Below, piece by piece: positions 47,920-57,946 of a DNA stretch of 64,000 nt. The notes under the pieces are model-generated. The model was not told the DNA's origin, searched no databases, and worked only from the letters and a program-made list of their open reading frames with translations. The position numbers and the translations under genes were made by a program. The stretch is from an uncultured delta proteobacterium (GTDB lineage Bacteria > Myxococcota > Myxococcia > Myxococcales > Myxococcaceae), in assembly GCA_963776345.1 (NCBI GenBank), contig CAVZMH010000006.1, forward strand, positions 1 through 64,000, written 5' to 3'. Positions within the stretch are counted from its first letter, which is position 1. Each line of letters begins with the position of its first letter.

Positions 47920-49299
47920 CTACAGCAGCGCGCCCCGGAGGATCAGGCTCGCCACCGTGAAGTAGATGATCAGCCCGCTCACGTCGACCAGCGTGGCCAC
48001 GAACGGCGCCGAGGCCTTCGCCGGGTCGAACCCCAGCCGCCGGAGCAGGAACGGGAGCATCGAGCCCACCAGGTTCCCGTAGAGGACGACGCCGATCAGG
48101 CTCAACCCCACGGTGAGCGCCACCAGGACCGAGTGCTCGCCGTAGAGGTGGAACACCTTCGCCCAGATGACGATGCGGAGGAAGCCGATCGATCCGAGGA
48201 GGCAGCCCAGCGCGACGCCCGAGGCGACCTCCCGGCTCGCCACCCGCCACCAGTCCCGGAGCTTCACCTCGCGGAGCGCCAGCGAGCGGATGATGATCGA
48301 CGTGGCCTGCGAGCCGGAGTTGCCGCCCGAGGAGATGATCAGCGGCAGGAACAGCGAGAGCACCACCGCCTTGGCGATCTCGTCCTCGAAGGCGCTCATC
48401 GCGGTGGCGGTCAGCATCTCGCCCAGGAACAGCGCCGACAGCCAGCCGCCCCGCTTCCTCACCATCGAGGCGAAGCCCACGTCGAAGTACGGCGCCTCGA
48501 GGGCCTCCACGCCGCCGAGGCCCTGGATCTCCTCGGTGGCCTTCTGCTCGGCGACGTCGAGCACGTCGTCGACGGTGATCATCCCCACCAGCACGCCGCG
48601 GGAGTCGGTCACCGGGAGCGCCACCCGGTCGTACTTCTCGAACGTCGCCACCACCTCGTCGCGGGTCGCGGTGGCCGGGATGCTGACCAGCGACGCGTCG
48701 TTCAGCTCCGAGACCTTCTGGTCCGGCTTGGCCAGGACCAGGATCGGCAGCCGGAGGTCGTCGAGCAGCACGCTCTTGTCGTCGGTGACGTAGATGACGT
48801 TGAGCGTCTCGATGTCCTGTCCGTGGTCGCGGATGTAGTCGAGCGCCTCGCGGGCGGTCCATTCGGGCCGCACCGCGACGTACCTGGGCGTCATGAACCG
48901 CCCGGCGCTCCCCTCGGGGTAGCCGAGCAGCTGCCGCGCGATCTTCAGCTGGTCGGGGTTCAGCGTGCTCAGCGCACGCTTGGTCACCTCGGCGGGGAGC
49001 TCCTCGAAGAGACGCGTCCGGTCGTCGGGCGCCATCTCGTTGAAGACCCCGGCCATCTGGCCGGTGCCGAGCGTCTCCACCACCTCGCTCTGCTGATCCA
49101 GGGGGAGGTACTCGAACACCTGTGTCGCGGTGTCACGGGGCAGCACCCGGAAGATGACCCCCGAGTCCTCCGGCGGAAGGTCCTCGATGACCTCCGCGAT
49201 GTCGGGTGGGTCCATCTCGGAGAAGGCCTCGCGCAGCGTGGCGTAGTCCTTCGCCTGGATCAGCTCCTCGAACTCCGGCTTCAGAAGGTTGCCGAGCAT
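47920..49299 (-). CDS. mgtE: Magnesium transporter MgtE
   Basis: MgtE_N, CBS pair, SSGGNSGSQ, PFVATLVD. Confidence 0.95.
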   Translation of the reverse strand: MLGNLLKPEFEELIQAKDYATLREAFSEMDPPDIAEVIEDLPPEDSGVIFRVLPRDTATQVFEYLPLDQQSEVVETLGTGQMAGVFNEMAPDDRTRLFEELPAEVTKRALSTLNPDQLKIARQLLGYPEGSAGRFMTPRYVAVRPEWTAREALDYIRDHGQDIETLNVIYVTDDKSVLLDDLRLPILVLAKPDQKVSELNDASLVSIPATATRDEVVATFEKYDRVALPVTDSRGVLVGMITVDDVLDVAEQKATEEIQGLGGVEALEAPYFDVGFASMVRKRGGWLSALFLGEMLTATAMSAFEDEIAKAVVLSLFLPLIISSGGNSGSQATSIIIRSLALREVKLRDWWRVASREVASGVALGCLLGSIGFLRIVIWAKVFHLYGEHSVLVALTVGLSLIGVVLYGNLVGSMLPFLLRRLGFDPAKASAPFVATLVDVSGLIIYFTVASLILRGALL

Positions 49300-49369
49300 C
49301 GCTCTCTCGCGTCCCCGCTCTGGACGGTGTGACGGAGCGGCATGGTGATATGAAAGCGGGGCACAAGCC

Positions 49370-49987
49370 ATGGCCAAAGCGAACGAGACACGAAGTCGCT
49401 CCAAGGCAGCGTCCACCGGCCCCGCGAGCCGCGAGGGCCTCTCGACCGCCCTTCACCGGCCCGACCTGGTCGGCCCGCGCATCGAGCTCGACACCCACGA
49501 CGACGGTCCGGAGCACCGCGCGTTCCCCCGCGCCAAGCTCGCCGTTCCCTTCGTCCTGTGGATCGGCGAGGGCGACGGGCGCCGATTCTCGGCCACCCTG
49601 GTCTCCACCAACGTCAGCGTGAGCGGGGCCTTCCTCAGGAGCAGCTTCTTCCTCCCGGTCGGTACCGAGACCGCGGTCCGCTTCCAGGTGGAGCCCACCG
49701 GGCCCGCCGTCGAGGCCAGGGTCGAGATCCTGCGCCAGGAGACGGAGGGCGACCACACCGGTCGGACCGGCATGGGCGTCCGCTTCCTCGAGTTCTTCCG
49801 CCAGACCGAGGTCACCCTGGCCCGGCTCTTCCTCGGCGAGCAGCTGCGGAAGTTCGCCGAGGGCTACCTCACCTCGTCCCGCGCCCGGTCGCTCAGCTCG
49901 GAGCTGGACCGGGTGGTGGACGCGCTGGCCGCCTGGGAGCTGCTCAAGGTCACCTCGCCCAACGACCCCTGGAGGTTCTCCAAGTAG
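49370..49987 (+). CDS. PilZ domain protein
   Basis: RAFPR (RxxxR), NVSVSG (D/NxSxxG), GMGVRF. Confidence 0.85.
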   Translation: MAKANETRSRSKAASTGPASREGLSTALHRPDLVGPRIELDTHDDGPEHRAFPRAKLAVPFVLWIGEGDGRRFSATLVSTNVSVSGAFLRSSFFLPVGTETAVRFQVEPTGPAVEARVEILRQETEGDHTGRTGMGVRFLEFFRQTEVTLARLFLGEQLRKFAEGYLTSSRARSLSSELDRVVDALAAWELLKVTSPNDPWRFSK

Positions 49988-50008
49988 GGCGCGGGCCGTC
50001 GATGAGGC

Positions 50009-50338
50009 TCAGGCGAACTTCTTGAAGCTCTCCTCGAGCCGGCTCTTGGGCACGGCGCCGACGATCTGCTCGACGACCTTCCCGCCCTTGAAGACCAGCA
50101 GGGTGGGGATGCCGCGGATGCCGTAGTTCTGCGCGGTCTCCTGGTTCTCGTCGACGTTCAGCTTGGCGACCTTCACCTTGCCCTTGTACCGGGCGGCGAG
50201 CTCCTCGAGCGCCGGCGCGATGGCCTTGCACGGCCCGCACCACGGCGCCCAGAAGTCCACCAGGACCGGCTCCTGAGAATCGAGCACGGTCGCCTTGAAC
50301 TCCGCATCAGAGACGCTCACCGTATCCTGCCCAGCCAT
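50009..50338 (-). CDS. trxA: Thioredoxin
   Basis: VDFWAPWCGPCK, GIPTL; RBS aggaggag before ATG 50338. Confidence 0.96.
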   Translation of the reverse strand: MAGQDTVSVSDAEFKATVLDSQEPVLVDFWAPWCGPCKAIAPALEELAARYKGKVKVAKLNVDENQETAQNYGIRGIPTLLVFKGGKVVEQIVGAVPKSRLEESFKKFA

Positions 50339-50479
50339 TGCTCCTCCTAATACCAGTTCCAGGCCCTCTGCATTGCACCGGAGCCTGACAGGCGCCGTCC
50401 GCGAGCCGGGGAAGGGACCGATGATGTACACGGACCGCGACCGGCGCGCACGCACCTCGATGCTAATGTGCCGAGACCC

Positions 50480-50828
50480 GTGAAGCTTTTCCTTCCGCAG
50501 AGCACCCTCGAGGAGTGGGCCACCGCCGACAAGGCCGACGTCCACGACCGTGCGCTGGTGGTCACCGGGGAACCGCGTCCGTTATCCGGTGGAGCCTGCG
50601 GTGCACGTGATGTCCCTGGTCTCCGGACCGGACGAGCACCAGCTCTTGAAGAAGGTGAAGACGGATGCCCAGCTGGCGGAGCTCGGCGCCGAGCGGCTCT
50701 CCGACTCGGTGGTGGCAGGCGAGAGCGCGTACGACGTCGAGAGCGGGTACGTGGTGCAGCTGCCGGATCCGACCGGACAGCCCACCGAGACCGCGCTCCT
50801 CGCCGACTTCCTCCTGAACAAGCTCTGA
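50480..50828 (+). pseudogene. Small hypothetical gene with a +1 frameshift (real or sequencing error)
   Basis: Protein-like text runs in one frame to LVVTG and continues in the next frame (RYPVEPAVH...FLLNKL); the switch is at the GGGG run 50567-50570; stop is 1 nt before the next gene. Confidence 0.6.
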
Positions 50829-50829
50829 C

Positions 50830-51627
50830 ATGTTCCGCACCTGCTTCACGCTCGCCTTCCACGCCTATGCGCTCGGCGCGCTGGCCTACCTCTCGGTGCT
50901 GGCGCAGGGGTGGAAGGGGCTGGCCTGGCTGGCGCGCGGCCTGACCTTCGCCGGCTGGGTGCTGCACGGCATCGGGCTGGTGCTCCTTCTCTCCGGACAG
51001 GGGTGGTTGCCGAGCGGCTTCGGCCAGGCGGTCAGTCTGCTGGCGTTCCTCCTGGTGGCGGTGTTCCTGGCGGTGGACCTGCGTGCCCGCGCCGCCCTGC
51101 TCGGCGCGTTCCTCTCGCCGGCGGCGGTGGCCGTCCTGGTCCCCTCGCTGTGGATGCGCACGCCCGGTCCCGAGCTGGCCGAGGGCCTGCGGCAGCCGCT
51201 CCTCCCGGTGCACATCGCCGTGGCCCTCGCCGGCCTGGCCGTCTTCGGGGTGGCCACCGCCGTGGCGGGCGTGTACCTCGCCGCCGAGCGGGCCGTGAAG
51301 GGCAAGCGCTTCGGGCCGCTCTTCCGCCGCGTCCCCTCGCTCGAGCTGCTCGACGACCTGAACCGCCGGCTGGTGGCCTGGGGCTTCATCGCCCTGTCCC
51401 TGACGCTGCTGACCGGGGCATGGGTGCAGGCCCGGCTCCGGCCGGATGAGCGCTGGGGCCCGGCCGAGCTGGCGGTGGTGGTGGCGTGGCTCGCCTTCGG
51501 GGTGCTGCTCCAGGCCCGCATCTTCGCCGGGTGGCGCGGGCGCCGGGTGGCCCTCCTCACCATGGTGGGGTTCGGGGTGCTGGTCGTCTCCTTCGTGACC
51601 CGCTACGGCCCCTGGGTGACGCGATGA
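50830..51627 (+). CDS. Cytochrome c assembly family protein (CcsA/HemX-like)
   Basis: Multi-TM; LLPVHI, PSLELLD, LLTGAW, GWRGRR; first intact gene of the hem operon. Confidence 0.85.
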   Translation: MFRTCFTLAFHAYALGALAYLSVLAQGWKGLAWLARGLTFAGWVLHGIGLVLLLSGQGWLPSGFGQAVSLLAFLLVAVFLAVDLRARAALLGAFLSPAAVAVLVPSLWMRTPGPELAEGLRQPLLPVHIAVALAGLAVFGVATAVAGVYLAAERAVKGKRFGPLFRRVPSLELLDDLNRRLVAWGFIALSLTLLTGAWVQARLRPDERWGPAELAVVVAWLAFGVLLQARIFAGWRGRRVALLTMVGFGVLVVSFVTRYGPWVTR

Positions 51628-52898
51628 GCCCGCCCCTGGTCGTCGTGGGACTCTCGCATCACACCGCTCCCCTGGACGTCCGGGAGCGTCTGGTCCTGTC
51701 GGAGGACCGGCAGACCGAGCTGCTCCAGGCCATGGCCCAGGCGCCCGCCGAGGCGCTGCTGGTCTCCACCTGCAACCGGGTCGAGCTGTACGTGGTCGGC
51801 CCCTGGCCCGACCTCCACGACCGGACCCGCACCGCCCTGGCCAGCGCTGCCGGCGACGACCTCGCGCCGTACCTCTACTCCCACCACGGCGAGGCCGCGG
51901 TGCTGCACCTGTTCCGGGTGGCGGCCAGCCTCGACTCGATGGTGCTGGGCGAGCCGCAGATCCTCGGCCAGGTCAAGGATGCCTTCGAGCAGGCCCAGCA
52001 GCTGGGGGCGGCCCGGGGCGAGCTGGCCCGCATCTGCGCCGCGGCGTTCGGGAGCGCCAAGCGGGTCCGCACCGAGACCGAGCTGGGGCGTGCGGCCACC
52101 TCGATGGCCTCGGCCGCGGTGGAGATGGCCCGGCACATCTTCGACGGGCTCGACGGCAAGACGGTGCTCCTGGTGGGCGCAGGCGAGATGGCCGAGCTCT
52201 GCGGCCGGCACCTGGTCTCGGCCGGCGCCTCGAAGGTCCTGGTGACCAACCGGACGCTGGAGCGGGCGCAGGCGCTGGCCACCGCCCTGGGCGGGAAGGC
52301 CGTGCCCTTCGACCGGATGGACGAGAGCCTGGTCCAGGCCGACATCGTCGTCTGCACGACTGCGTCACCGACGCCGGTCATCACCCGGGAGACGGTGGCG
52401 GCGGTGCTCAAGCCGCGGAAGCACCGGCCCCTCTTCTTCGTCGACCTGGCCGTCCCGCGTGACGTCGAGCCCGAGGTGCACACGCTGGACGGCGTCTACG
52501 CCTACGACGTGGACGACATCCAGAAGGTCATCGACCAGAACCAGGCCGCGCGCGCTGCCGCCGCGGCCAAGGCCGAGGTCCTGGTGGCCGAGGAGGTTGC
52601 CCGGTACATCCGCCAGCGCGCGGTGCGCGAGCAGGTCCCCGTCCTGGCCCAGCTCCGGGCCCGCGCCGAGCAGATCCGAAAGGCCGAGCTGGAGCGCGCC
52701 CTCACCAACCTGCCGGCGCCGCTCACCGAGGAGCAGGTCCGGGTCATCGAGGCGATGACCTCGGCCATCGTGAACAAGATGCTCCACCAGCCCACGGCGA
52801 AGCTCCGGGCGGTGCAGTCCGGGGAGAGCGACCTGGCCGAGGCCGTGGCCGAGCTGTTCGGGCTGGACGGCGGGCCCCGCAAGGCCGGCGAGGGCTGA
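51624..52898 (+). CDS. hemA: Glutamyl-tRNA reductase
   Basis: GLSHHTAP, STCNRVELY, SLDSMVLGEPQILGQVK, GAGEM, DLAVPRD. Confidence 0.97.
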   Translation: MSPPLVVVGLSHHTAPLDVRERLVLSEDRQTELLQAMAQAPAEALLVSTCNRVELYVVGPWPDLHDRTRTALASAAGDDLAPYLYSHHGEAAVLHLFRVAASLDSMVLGEPQILGQVKDAFEQAQQLGAARGELARICAAAFGSAKRVRTETELGRAATSMASAAVEMARHIFDGLDGKTVLLVGAGEMAELCGRHLVSAGASKVLVTNRTLERAQALATALGGKAVPFDRMDESLVQADIVVCTTASPTPVITRETVAAVLKPRKHRPLFFVDLAVPRDVEPEVHTLDGVYAYDVDDIQKVIDQNQAARAAAAAKAEVLVAEEVARYIRQRAVREQVPVLAQLRARAEQIRKAELERALTNLPAPLTEEQVRVIEAMTSAIVNKMLHQPTAKLRAVQSGESDLAEAVAELFGLDGGPRKAGEG

Positions 52899-52919
52899 GC
52901 CCGGTTCCTGTCTCGCACC

Positions 52920-53852
52920 ATGCCGCCCCTCCGCATCGCCACCCGCAAGAGTCCGCTCGCGCTCTGGCAGGCGCGCCACGTCGCGGGGCTCCTCCGCGCC
53001 CGCTCGCCCGGCACCGAGGTGTCGCTGGTCGAGCTCTCCACCGAGGGCGACCGGGTCCTGGACAGCCCGCTGTCGCGCATCGGCGGCAAGGGGCTCTTCG
53101 TCAAGGAGATCGAGGCCGCGCTGCTCGACGGCCGGGCCGACCTGGCGGTGCACAGCCTGAAGGACGTGACCAGCAGCTTCCCGCCGGGGCTGGTGCTGGC
53201 CGCGGTGCCCGAGCGCGAGGACGCGCGCGACGCCTGGGTGAGCCCCCGCGGCGTCGCCTTCGCGGACATCCCGAAGGGCGGGCGCGTCGGGACGTCGTCG
53301 CTGCGCCGCGCCTGCCAGCTGCGGGCGATGCGGCCGGACGTGGAGGTGGTCCCGCTCCGGGGCAACGTGGGCACGCGGCTGCGGAAGACCGAGGAGCTGG
53401 ACCTGTCCGGCTCCATCCTGGCGCTCGCAGGTCTGCGCCGGCTCGAGCTCGAGAGCCGGGTGACCGAGCTGCTGGCCCCCGAGGTGATGCTCCCGGCGGT
53501 GGGGCAGGGGGCGCTGGCGCTCGAGTGCGCGGCGGAGAGCCCGCACCGGAGGCTGGTGGAGTCGCTCGAGGACCGGGCGACGCGCGTCCCGATCGACGCC
53601 GAGCGGGCGTTCCTCGAGTTGCTGGAGGGCGGCTGCACCGTCCCGCTCGCCGCCCACGCCATCCTCGAGGGCGACCAGCTCTGGGTCCGGGGGCTGGTCG
53701 GCGCGCCGGACGGGAGCGAGGTGGTCCGCGCCGAGCGGCGCGGGCCCGCGTCGCACGCCGCCGCGCTCGGTCGGGAGCTGGCCGAGGAGCTGCTCCGCCG
53801 TGGCGCCCGGGCTCTGCTCGACGCGCACGCCGGAGCGCGCTCCGGTGTCTGA
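52920..53852 (+). CDS. hemC: Hydroxymethylbilane synthase
   Basis: [42 protein letters not shown]. Confidence 0.97.
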   Translation: MPPLRIATRKSPLALWQARHVAGLLRARSPGTEVSLVELSTEGDRVLDSPLSRIGGKGLFVKEIEAALLDGRADLAVHSLKDVTSSFPPGLVLAAVPEREDARDAWVSPRGVAFADIPKGGRVGTSSLRRACQLRAMRPDVEVVPLRGNVGTRLRKTEELDLSGSILALAGLRRLELESRVTELLAPEVMLPAVGQGALALECAAESPHRRLVESLEDRATRVPIDAERAFLELLEGGCTVPLAAHAILEGDQLWVRGLVGAPDGSEVVRAERRGPASHAAALGRELAEELLRRGARALLDAHAGARSGV

Positions 53853-54643
53853 GCCCAAACGCCCCGGCGGAGCCGGGTCACGAGCACCGCCTCGCCGGCG
53901 TCCGGGTGCTCGTGCCGCGGCCCCGGGAGCGTGCCGAGCCGCTCTGCTTCCTGCTCGAGGACGAGGGCGCGGAGGTGCTGGCGCTCCCGCTGCTCGAGCT
54001 GGAGCCGCCGTCGGACCCGCGCCCGCTGCAGGCGGCGGCCGAGCTGCTCCGGCGTTTCGCCTGGGTGGCGTTCGCCAGCGAGCGCGCGGTGTCGGCCCTG
54101 GTGGAGGCCGCCCGGACGGCCGGGACGCTGGACGTGCTCCGGACCCGGAAGCTCGCCGCGGTGGGGCCGGGCACGGCGGCGGCGCTGACCGCGCACGGGC
54201 TGGAGGCGACGCTGGTGGCGAGCGTGTCGACCGGGGAGGGGCTGGCCGAGGCGCTGCTCCCCAGGCTCCAGGCGGGCGAGTCGGTGCTGCTGCCCGCGGC
54301 GGAGCAGGGCCGGCGCGCGCTCGAGGAGGGGCTCGCGGCGGCCGGCGTCACGGTCGAGCGGGTGGCGGCGTACCGCTCGAGCCCCGCCGGCTCGGCGCCG
54401 GAGGGCTGGGCGGAGGTGGTCAGCCGTCCTCCACGGTGCGTGCTCTTCGGGTCTCCGCGCACGGTGGAGGCGTTCCTGTCGCTGCCCGGGGCCGGGGCGC
54501 TGGTCCCGGTGGTGCGGGCGGTGGCCGTGGGCCCGACGACGGCGGCGGCGCTGCGGGCGCGGGGGTGGGAGCCGGCGGCCATCGCCTCCTCGCCGACCCC
54601 GCCGGAGTGGGTGGAAGCGGCGGTGCGGGCCATCGAGGGGTAG
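53849..54643 (+). CDS. hemD: Uroporphyrinogen-III synthase
   Basis: [32 protein letters not shown]; follows hemC. Start uncertain (CTG 53849 or GTG 53906). Confidence 0.85.
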   Translation: MSPNAPAEPGHEHRLAGVRVLVPRPRERAEPLCFLLEDEGAEVLALPLLELEPPSDPRPLQAAAELLRRFAWVAFASERAVSALVEAARTAGTLDVLRTRKLAAVGPGTAAALTAHGLEATLVASVSTGEGLAEALLPRLQAGESVLLPAAEQGRRALEEGLAAAGVTVERVAAYRSSPAGSAPEGWAEVVSRPPRCVLFGSPRTVEAFLSLPGAGALVPVVRAVAVGPTTAAALRARGWEPAAIASSPTPPEWVEAAVRAIEG

Positions 54644-54662
54644 ACTCCCGGGTCGCTCCCCC

Positions 54663-56480
54663 ATGACCCAGGCCGCCGTGGCGCGCACCAGCGCCGACTT
54701 CACCCTCAGCTTCGTCCTCAACGCCCTGGTCGCGGCCAAGCTGCTCACGCCCAGCCAGGCCCAGGACGTGCGGACGAAGGAGATGGCCGCGCGGGCCCGG
54801 GTGCTGAAGCATCTCGGCGCGGACAAGGACGAGGCCCGCTACACCGTCTCGCCCATCGAGGTGGTGGCGGCGTTCCAGGTTCCGATGCCCGGTGGACGGT
54901 CGCTGGACCAGGACAAGGTCTCCGAGGTGGTGGCGGCGGCCGCGGGGGTGGGCTACCGGAAGATCGACCCCCTGAAGCTGGACATGGGGCTCGCGACCCG
55001 GACGGTGTCCAAGCCCTACGCGCAGAAGCACGTCCTGCTCCCGCTGGAGCGCACGGAGGCAGGCGCGCTGCTGGTGGCGGTGGCCAACCCCTTCGACCGC
55101 GAGCTGCTGGAGAACCTCCACCGGCTGGCGGGGATGCCCATCGAGCCGGTGCTCTCGGCGAAGGCGGACATCCTCAAGGCCATCGCCGACATCTACGGCT
55201 TCAAGCGGACGCTGGCCCAGGCGGCCACGGACTTCGCCGCACCGACGGGGCCGCAGCTGCAGAACTTCGAGCAGCTGGTCTCGCTGTCCGGGAGCGGGGA
55301 GCTCGACGCCTCGGACAAGCCCATCGTCCAGGCGGTGGACTACCTGCTCCGCTACGCCTACGACAACCGGGCCTCGGACATCCACATCGAGCCCAAGCGC
55401 GACAGCACGGTGGTGCGGCTGCGCATCGACGGCGTGCTCCACCCGGTCTACACGCTTCCCACCGGCGTGCACGCGCCGATCATCAGCCGGGTGAAGATGC
55501 TCTCGCGCATCGACATCTCGGAGAAGCGGCGGCCGCAGGACGGGCGCATCAAGACCGAGCGTGACGGCCGGGAGATCGAGCTCCGGGTCTCGACGCTGCC
55601 CACGGCCTTCGGGGAGAAGGTGGTCATCCGCATCTTCGATCCCGAGACGCTGGTGCAGGACATCGCCCAGCTGGGGTTCGACGAGGACGAGAAGGGCCTC
55701 TTCGAGTCGTGGATCGACGAGCCCCACGGGCTGATCCTGGTGACCGGCCCCACGGGCAGCGGGAAGACGACCACGCTCTACTCGGCGCTGAAGGCGCTGG
55801 CCGGGCCCGAGGTCAACGTCACCACCATCGAGGACCCGATCGAGATGGTGTGGGACGGCTTCAACCAGGTCCAGGTGCAGCCGAAGATCGACCTCGACTT
55901 CGCCAACGCGCTTCGCCACATCCTCCGGCAGGACCCGGACGTGATCATGGTGGGCGAGATCCGCGACGCGGAGACGGCGGAGAACGCGATCCAGGCGGCG
56001 CTCACCGGCCACCTGGTGCTCTCGACCCTGCACACCAACGACGCGGTGGGCGCGGTGAGCCGGATGAAGGACCTGGGCGTGCCGTCGTTCCTGCTCTCCA
56101 GCTGTCTCTTGGGGGTGATGGCCCAGCGCCTCCTGCGCCGGGTCTGCAGCCGGTGCGCGGTGGAGCACAACCTGACCCAGGACGAGCTGCTGGCCCTCGG
56201 CGCGCCGCTGCCGCTGCTCCCGGGCGGGGTGCAGATCCTCCAGGGTGCGGGCTGCGTGCACTGCCGGGGGACGGGCTTCTACGGCCGGACCGGCGTGTTC
56301 GAGATCATGGGGGTGAACCCCGAGATCCGCGAGGCGATCGCCCAGGGCGCGAACACCCCCGAGCTGGTGCAGCTGGCGCGGAAGGCCGGGATGCGGACGC
56401 TCCGCGAGGCGGCGGTCCGGAAGCTCGCCAGCGGCCAGACCGCCTTCGCCGAGGTGGTCCGGATGACCGCCAGCGCCTGA
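54663..56480 (+). CDS. GspE/PulE/PilB family secretion ATPase
   Basis: [56 protein letters not shown], CxxC...CxxC. Confidence 0.93.
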   Translation: MTQAAVARTSADFTLSFVLNALVAAKLLTPSQAQDVRTKEMAARARVLKHLGADKDEARYTVSPIEVVAAFQVPMPGGRSLDQDKVSEVVAAAAGVGYRKIDPLKLDMGLATRTVSKPYAQKHVLLPLERTEAGALLVAVANPFDRELLENLHRLAGMPIEPVLSAKADILKAIADIYGFKRTLAQAATDFAAPTGPQLQNFEQLVSLSGSGELDASDKPIVQAVDYLLRYAYDNRASDIHIEPKRDSTVVRLRIDGVLHPVYTLPTGVHAPIISRVKMLSRIDISEKRRPQDGRIKTERDGREIELRVSTLPTAFGEKVVIRIFDPETLVQDIAQLGFDEDEKGLFESWIDEPHGLILVTGPTGSGKTTTLYSALKALAGPEVNVTTIEDPIEMVWDGFNQVQVQPKIDLDFANALRHILRQDPDVIMVGEIRDAETAENAIQAALTGHLVLSTLHTNDAVGAVSRMKDLGVPSFLLSSCLLGVMAQRLLRRVCSRCAVEHNLTQDELLALGAPLPLLPGGVQILQGAGCVHCRGTGFYGRTGVFEIMGVNPEIREAIAQGANTPELVQLARKAGMRTLREAAVRKLASGQTAFAEVVRMTASA

Positions 56481-56488
56481 GAAGCCGT

Positions 56489-56986
56489 CTACTCGCGCCG
56501 CAGCCTCGCCGAGATGTAGGGCCGGAACTCCGTCGCGCCAGGCGGGGCGATCTCGAACGTGACCTCGAGCGTCCCCTTCGCCGGCCAGACGTAGGTCAAC
56601 CGGAACCGTGGGGCTCCGGCCCGAGCGTCGCTGAGAAAGACGAGCCGGTCGGCGGACGGCGCCTGGACCTCGTACCGGATGACGTGCCCCTCGTTGTCGA
56701 AGTACTCCGCCCGGAGCCGTCCGTCCTCGGTGAAGATGACCATCAGGTCGTCGTGGGTGTAGGCGGGCTTGCCGTCCCTGGCCGGGGACGACGCATGGTT
56801 CTTGCGGACGACGACCCGGTCGCCGAGCTCGCGGGAGAACGACGCCCGCCCGGTCACTCCCGGGGTCCGGGGGTCTGCCTCCGCGACCCAGGTCCCCAGG
56901 AGGGGGGTGACGGCGCTGAGCAGGTCCTGCGGGCCGGCATCACGACCGTCGGCAGGTGAGGCCGCGAGAACGAGCGGGAGCAGCAT
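56489..56986 (-). CDS. Exported hypothetical protein, possible lipocalin-like beta-barrel
   Basis: Signal peptide; LLGTW, YFDNEGHVIRY; beta-strand pattern. Confidence 0.65.
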   Translation of the reverse strand: MLLPLVLAASPADGRDAGPQDLLSAVTPLLGTWVAEADPRTPGVTGRASFSRELGDRVVVRKNHASSPARDGKPAYTHDDLMVIFTEDGRLRAEYFDNEGHVIRYEVQAPSADRLVFLSDARAGAPRFRLTYVWPAKGTLEVTFEIAPPGATEFRPYISARLRRE

Positions 56987-57068
56987 CGCGAGGGAGGTGG
57001 GGCACATGCCGCCTGACGCTGCCACCCTCGCCCGTCGCGTGTCGCGGCTGGTGCAGCGAATGGCCCGT

Positions 57069-57875
57069 CTAGCCGAGCAGCCCGGCCCGCACTGCTTGAT
57101 CGAGCACCTCGGCCAGGACGTCCACCGAGCTGCGCGTCTCGCTCCGTCGCACCTCGGAGCCGCCGGAGCGGAGGACCTGCTCTCCGCCGAACACGAAGGG
57201 GAGGCTGCGCCGGCCGAGGCGGACCAGCCGGTCGTCGTGGAAGGCCCGGGGCGCCCGCCGCTTCAGCTCCTGCGACACGACGCCGATGTTCGCCGCCCGG
57301 GCCGGCTGGAGCAGCGGACCGAGGCCGGAGAACTCCAGGACCTTCTCCGCGAGGAGGATCCGCTCGCCGCCGTTTCCGTGGACGAGGACGAACTGCTCCG
57401 AGTCCTCCTGCGAGCCGCGCACCGTGGAGCTCGTCTTCTTGGTCAGCACCAGCCCCCCGGTGAGCACCGCCCGGCCCATGGAGAATCCCCGGGACGTCTC
57501 GGTGTGCTCGGTGGTGGTCCGGGCGGTGCGCAGTCCCCGGAGCACGAGCCGCACCTCGGCCCAGCCGAGGGCGAGCGTCGCGCCGCTGCGGGCGGTGAAG
57601 GTCGGGCCCTCGTCCAGGAAGACGAAGCTCCGGGCCTGGAAGCGGTCGGCGTCGGAGGGGACCGTCTCGTCGATCGCCAGCGCCACCGCTCCCGCCCGCC
57701 CCAGCGCCGCGACGAGCTCCGCGGCGCGCTCCGCCGGGACCCGTGCCAGGAGCGCCGGTGGCTCGGGGGCGAGCCGCATCCGCGCCTCCGCCTGCGTCAT
57801 CCCCGCCGACTCGACCAGCACCAGGACGGCCCGGTCGAGGTCTGCCGCCTGGCGCACCGTGGCGACGAGCTTCAT
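57069..57875 (-). CDS. Hypothetical protein
   Basis: 268-aa ORF with typical codon usage; no family recognised. Confidence 0.7.
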   Translation of the reverse strand: MKLVATVRQAADLDRAVLVLVESAGMTQAEARMRLAPEPPALLARVPAERAAELVAALGRAGAVALAIDETVPSDADRFQARSFVFLDEGPTFTARSGATLALGWAEVRLVLRGLRTARTTTEHTETSRGFSMGRAVLTGGLVLTKKTSSTVRGSQEDSEQFVLVHGNGGERILLAEKVLEFSGLGPLLQPARAANIGVVSQELKRRAPRAFHDDRLVRLGRRSLPFVFGGEQVLRSGGSEVRRSETRSSVDVLAEVLDQAVRAGLLG

Positions 57876-57946
57876 CCCGCGAGCCTACGCCACGGGCGGG
57901 CAGAGGCGCGCCCTGCTCGCGCGCGCCCCTGCCACGTCCTCGGGTG

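Noticed and set aside
53845..53908. Non-canonical CTG start or frameshift at the beginning of hemD
   Set aside because: An in-frame GTG at 53906 gives a plausible MLVPRP start, so an unusual start is not required; this cannot be resolved from sequence alone.
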